Source of the DNA: Callorhinchus milii
Taxonomy: Eukaryota
Assembly: GCF_018977255.1 (NCBI RefSeq)
Contig: NW_024704742.1
Coordinates: 59,646,001 to 59,710,000 of the forward strand
Length of the DNA: 64,000 nucleotides
Reading direction: 5' to 3'
Position numbers and translations under genes: made by a program. The stretch's first letter is position 1. Each line of letters begins with the position of its first letter. Positions 61,701 through 64,000 of the stretch are shown here, piece after piece. The notes under the pieces are model-generated. The model searched no databases, was not told the DNA's origin, and worked only from the letters and a program-made list of their open reading frames with translations.

Positions 61701-63834
61701 ATTTATCTTTACCTAGCACTCTGAAGGGGAAGGAAACAGTGTTGTGTCTTTCCCAGAGAAAACAAAACAAAAGTGTTAACATTACAATCTGCTGCACCAT
61801 AGAAATTAACACAACCTATCAACTGCATTCTACCTGCTTTCTGAGGAGTCTGACTAAAATAGACTGATAATACACCATAGGAACACAAATTGTCTCCTGA
61901 AGCCAAGGACGGGAGCTATTGTTTGAGGAGGGCGGGTAGCCAAGGATTGAGCAGCAGAGATGTAAAGACAGATAAATATTTTGGAGGTTTGCCCAATAGG
62001 CTTTTGGAATCAGAAAGTTTTTTATGCAGAACTTTCCCTCAGAGATCAAATGTTTGTTGGACATTTTCTGTGTACAAATGAGTTACCGGGTTTGCCTACA
62101 AAAATACAAAGATCACACACATACTACACTTTACAGTATATTCCAAGAAGTAATTTGAAACATTCTTGCAAAGTGAAAGGCACTATGTCAAATGCAAGGA
62201 TTATTATTATATTATTATTAATTATTATAAATAGATGATGCAGGATACATGAGAGGACAGATTGTATCCAATCTGTAGAGACAGTGGACTCAATAGTCTT
62301 TTCTGATTCCACGTGCATTTGGTGAGAATTTTCACTCGGGTATACATTTACATAGCATTTCAGACTATCAGAATTTGTCAATCTTTTGAATCCAGTCTAT
62401 AGTTCTTAAAGTAACTTACATAAAATCAGGAAGTTGGAGCCAGAGTCCATTTGCTTCTTCAATGAATATTGCCATTGAGTTGATGCAAATTCAAGGGGAA
62501 ATTTTTCTTTGATCATGTCTTCAGTCATCTTTCCCCACCACCCATCCCCTCAGGCTCCACCACCCCACAGCTCCAACTCCCAACTCGTGTGCAAACCCTG
62601 GACTGTTCAGTATCTTGGGATGTCCTCCTGTTGTGAAAAGAACTATATAAATAACTTTACTGCTGCTGTTTGCTATATAATTGTATACAAGCCAAATATC
62701 AGCTCCTTATCCATACTCAAGCTTGTTTCGCAAGTATGGTGGAAATATTGGTTAACACATCACTCATCTCTGTCTTCGACATCTCCTAGTTTTCTCAGCA
62801 TCTATGGTGGAGAGGGCTTCAAAGGGAATGCTATCCTTTTGGCCACAATCTCTCTTGAGAATGGCATAGAAGGGAGTGAATGAAGTCAACAATCATTTTC
62901 TTTAAATTAAATGAACATTGTTCGGTTGTTTGGTGGATGTACTAAAGACATCTGCAAGTGAATTTATTATTTTAGGCATTTAACAGATCTGCATATATTT
63001 TATGCAATGAAATTCCAATAAATAAGCGATTTTGTAAAATGTTATATATGACATTGTTGGACACCATTCTGTACAGAGCAAATTTTTGCTTTGGATCACT
63101 TTTACTATGTAGATGTGTAGTTTGATGTGTTGATTAAAATTCTGATGAAATTTAGATTTCTGCAGCTTCATTTAATCTTTTTCACTATGTGGCATTTACA
63201 AAACAGTAGCAGAATATACAATCATGCCAATTCAGAAATATCTTCAATTTTGGTCGTTTAGAAGCACTTTCAAAAATGAGACACTAAATGATTTTTTTCG
63301 CTGCAATATTTTTGCCAAAGTAGCAGGAGCATCAAAAATCCAAATATAACAATGACATCAAATTGCAAATAAAGAAGCTGTGGACATTTGTCTCTCACAT
63401 CCCACAGCTGTTAGAGCTTGTCTTTTCATGTTGAAAATTCAGATTCTTAGCAGTAATGATAATCCTTGCATTTGATATAGTGCTTCATCACATCGTTGAG
63501 ATGTCTTAAAGCACCGCACAGGATTGTAAAATGGATTGACTGTGCATTTTGTGGACAAACACAGTACAGTAGTACAATATTTTATTCAGTTGCCATCTAC
63601 AGATTAGACTGCACAGATTAGCCACCTACACAAACTAGTCACCAACATAGAGATAGAATTGAATGACAACACAGTTCCTGTCTAGCACTGAGAGATATTA
63701 TCATACGTGAAAATAACTGTATAAAAACGAGTTCTTGTTGCTGCTTTGTGTAGTAGCACTGAAGCTCTCCTTTCTAATTGCATTATACTGGAACAGCTTC
63801 ACCTGGTCTATGTCAGACCAGAAATACAGTGTAA

Positions 63835-64000
63835 CAATACTTTCACATATATATAATGCCTTTCACCTTGGCAGGACATCTCAACGCGCTTCACAGAGAT
63901 GACTGGGAGTCCGAGCTGGGGTTGGAGGGTACTGAGGAAGGAAGGGAAGTGGAAAGCGACCAAAGCCTGGGTGGTAAGGTTGCTGGAGATCACAAGGTGG
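63835..64000 (-). mobile_element. L2 3' end (runs off window edge)
   Basis: Reverse complement of the L2 tail (ccagctcggac..gtgaagcgcgttgagatgtcctg..gtgaaaggc); a + strand L2 tail lies at about 62530-62670. Confidence 0.75.

Noticed and set aside
678..63560. Recurring 30-40 bp motifs resembling a CRISPR-like array
   Set aside because: Dispersed, irregularly spaced, on both strands and part of SINE/LINE tails in eukaryotic DNA.

Overview
AT-rich, repeat-dense vertebrate genomic DNA with no intact long ORF. The repeat set (Deu-domain SINEs of the SacSINE1 type, a younger tRNA-headed SINE ending in (TTA)n, L2 LINEs ending in (TTG)n, shark-type CR1 3' ends) points to a cartilaginous fish, plausibly a chimaera; this is inference from recalled repeat families. 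Almost all ORFs in the track are decayed L2/CR1 frames, their antisense shadows, or chance. Supported elements: many SINEs, several degraded L2 and CR1 copies, a Gypsy RT relic, a 628-bp solo LTR, a hAT-type MITE with 8-bp TSD, several palindromic relics, and a poly(A)-tailed CCHC-type non-LTR retroelement (two copies, both inside SINEs) whose 3' terminus looks like a box C/D snoRNA module. A few well-formed splice-site pairs on the minus strand (74, 29, 5 and 45 nt) suggest the window may lie within the long introns of an unidentified minus-strand gene, and several repeat-free blocks look like conserved enhancers; neither can be proven from this sequence. Repeat boundaries are by eye and approximate unless a TSD is quoted.
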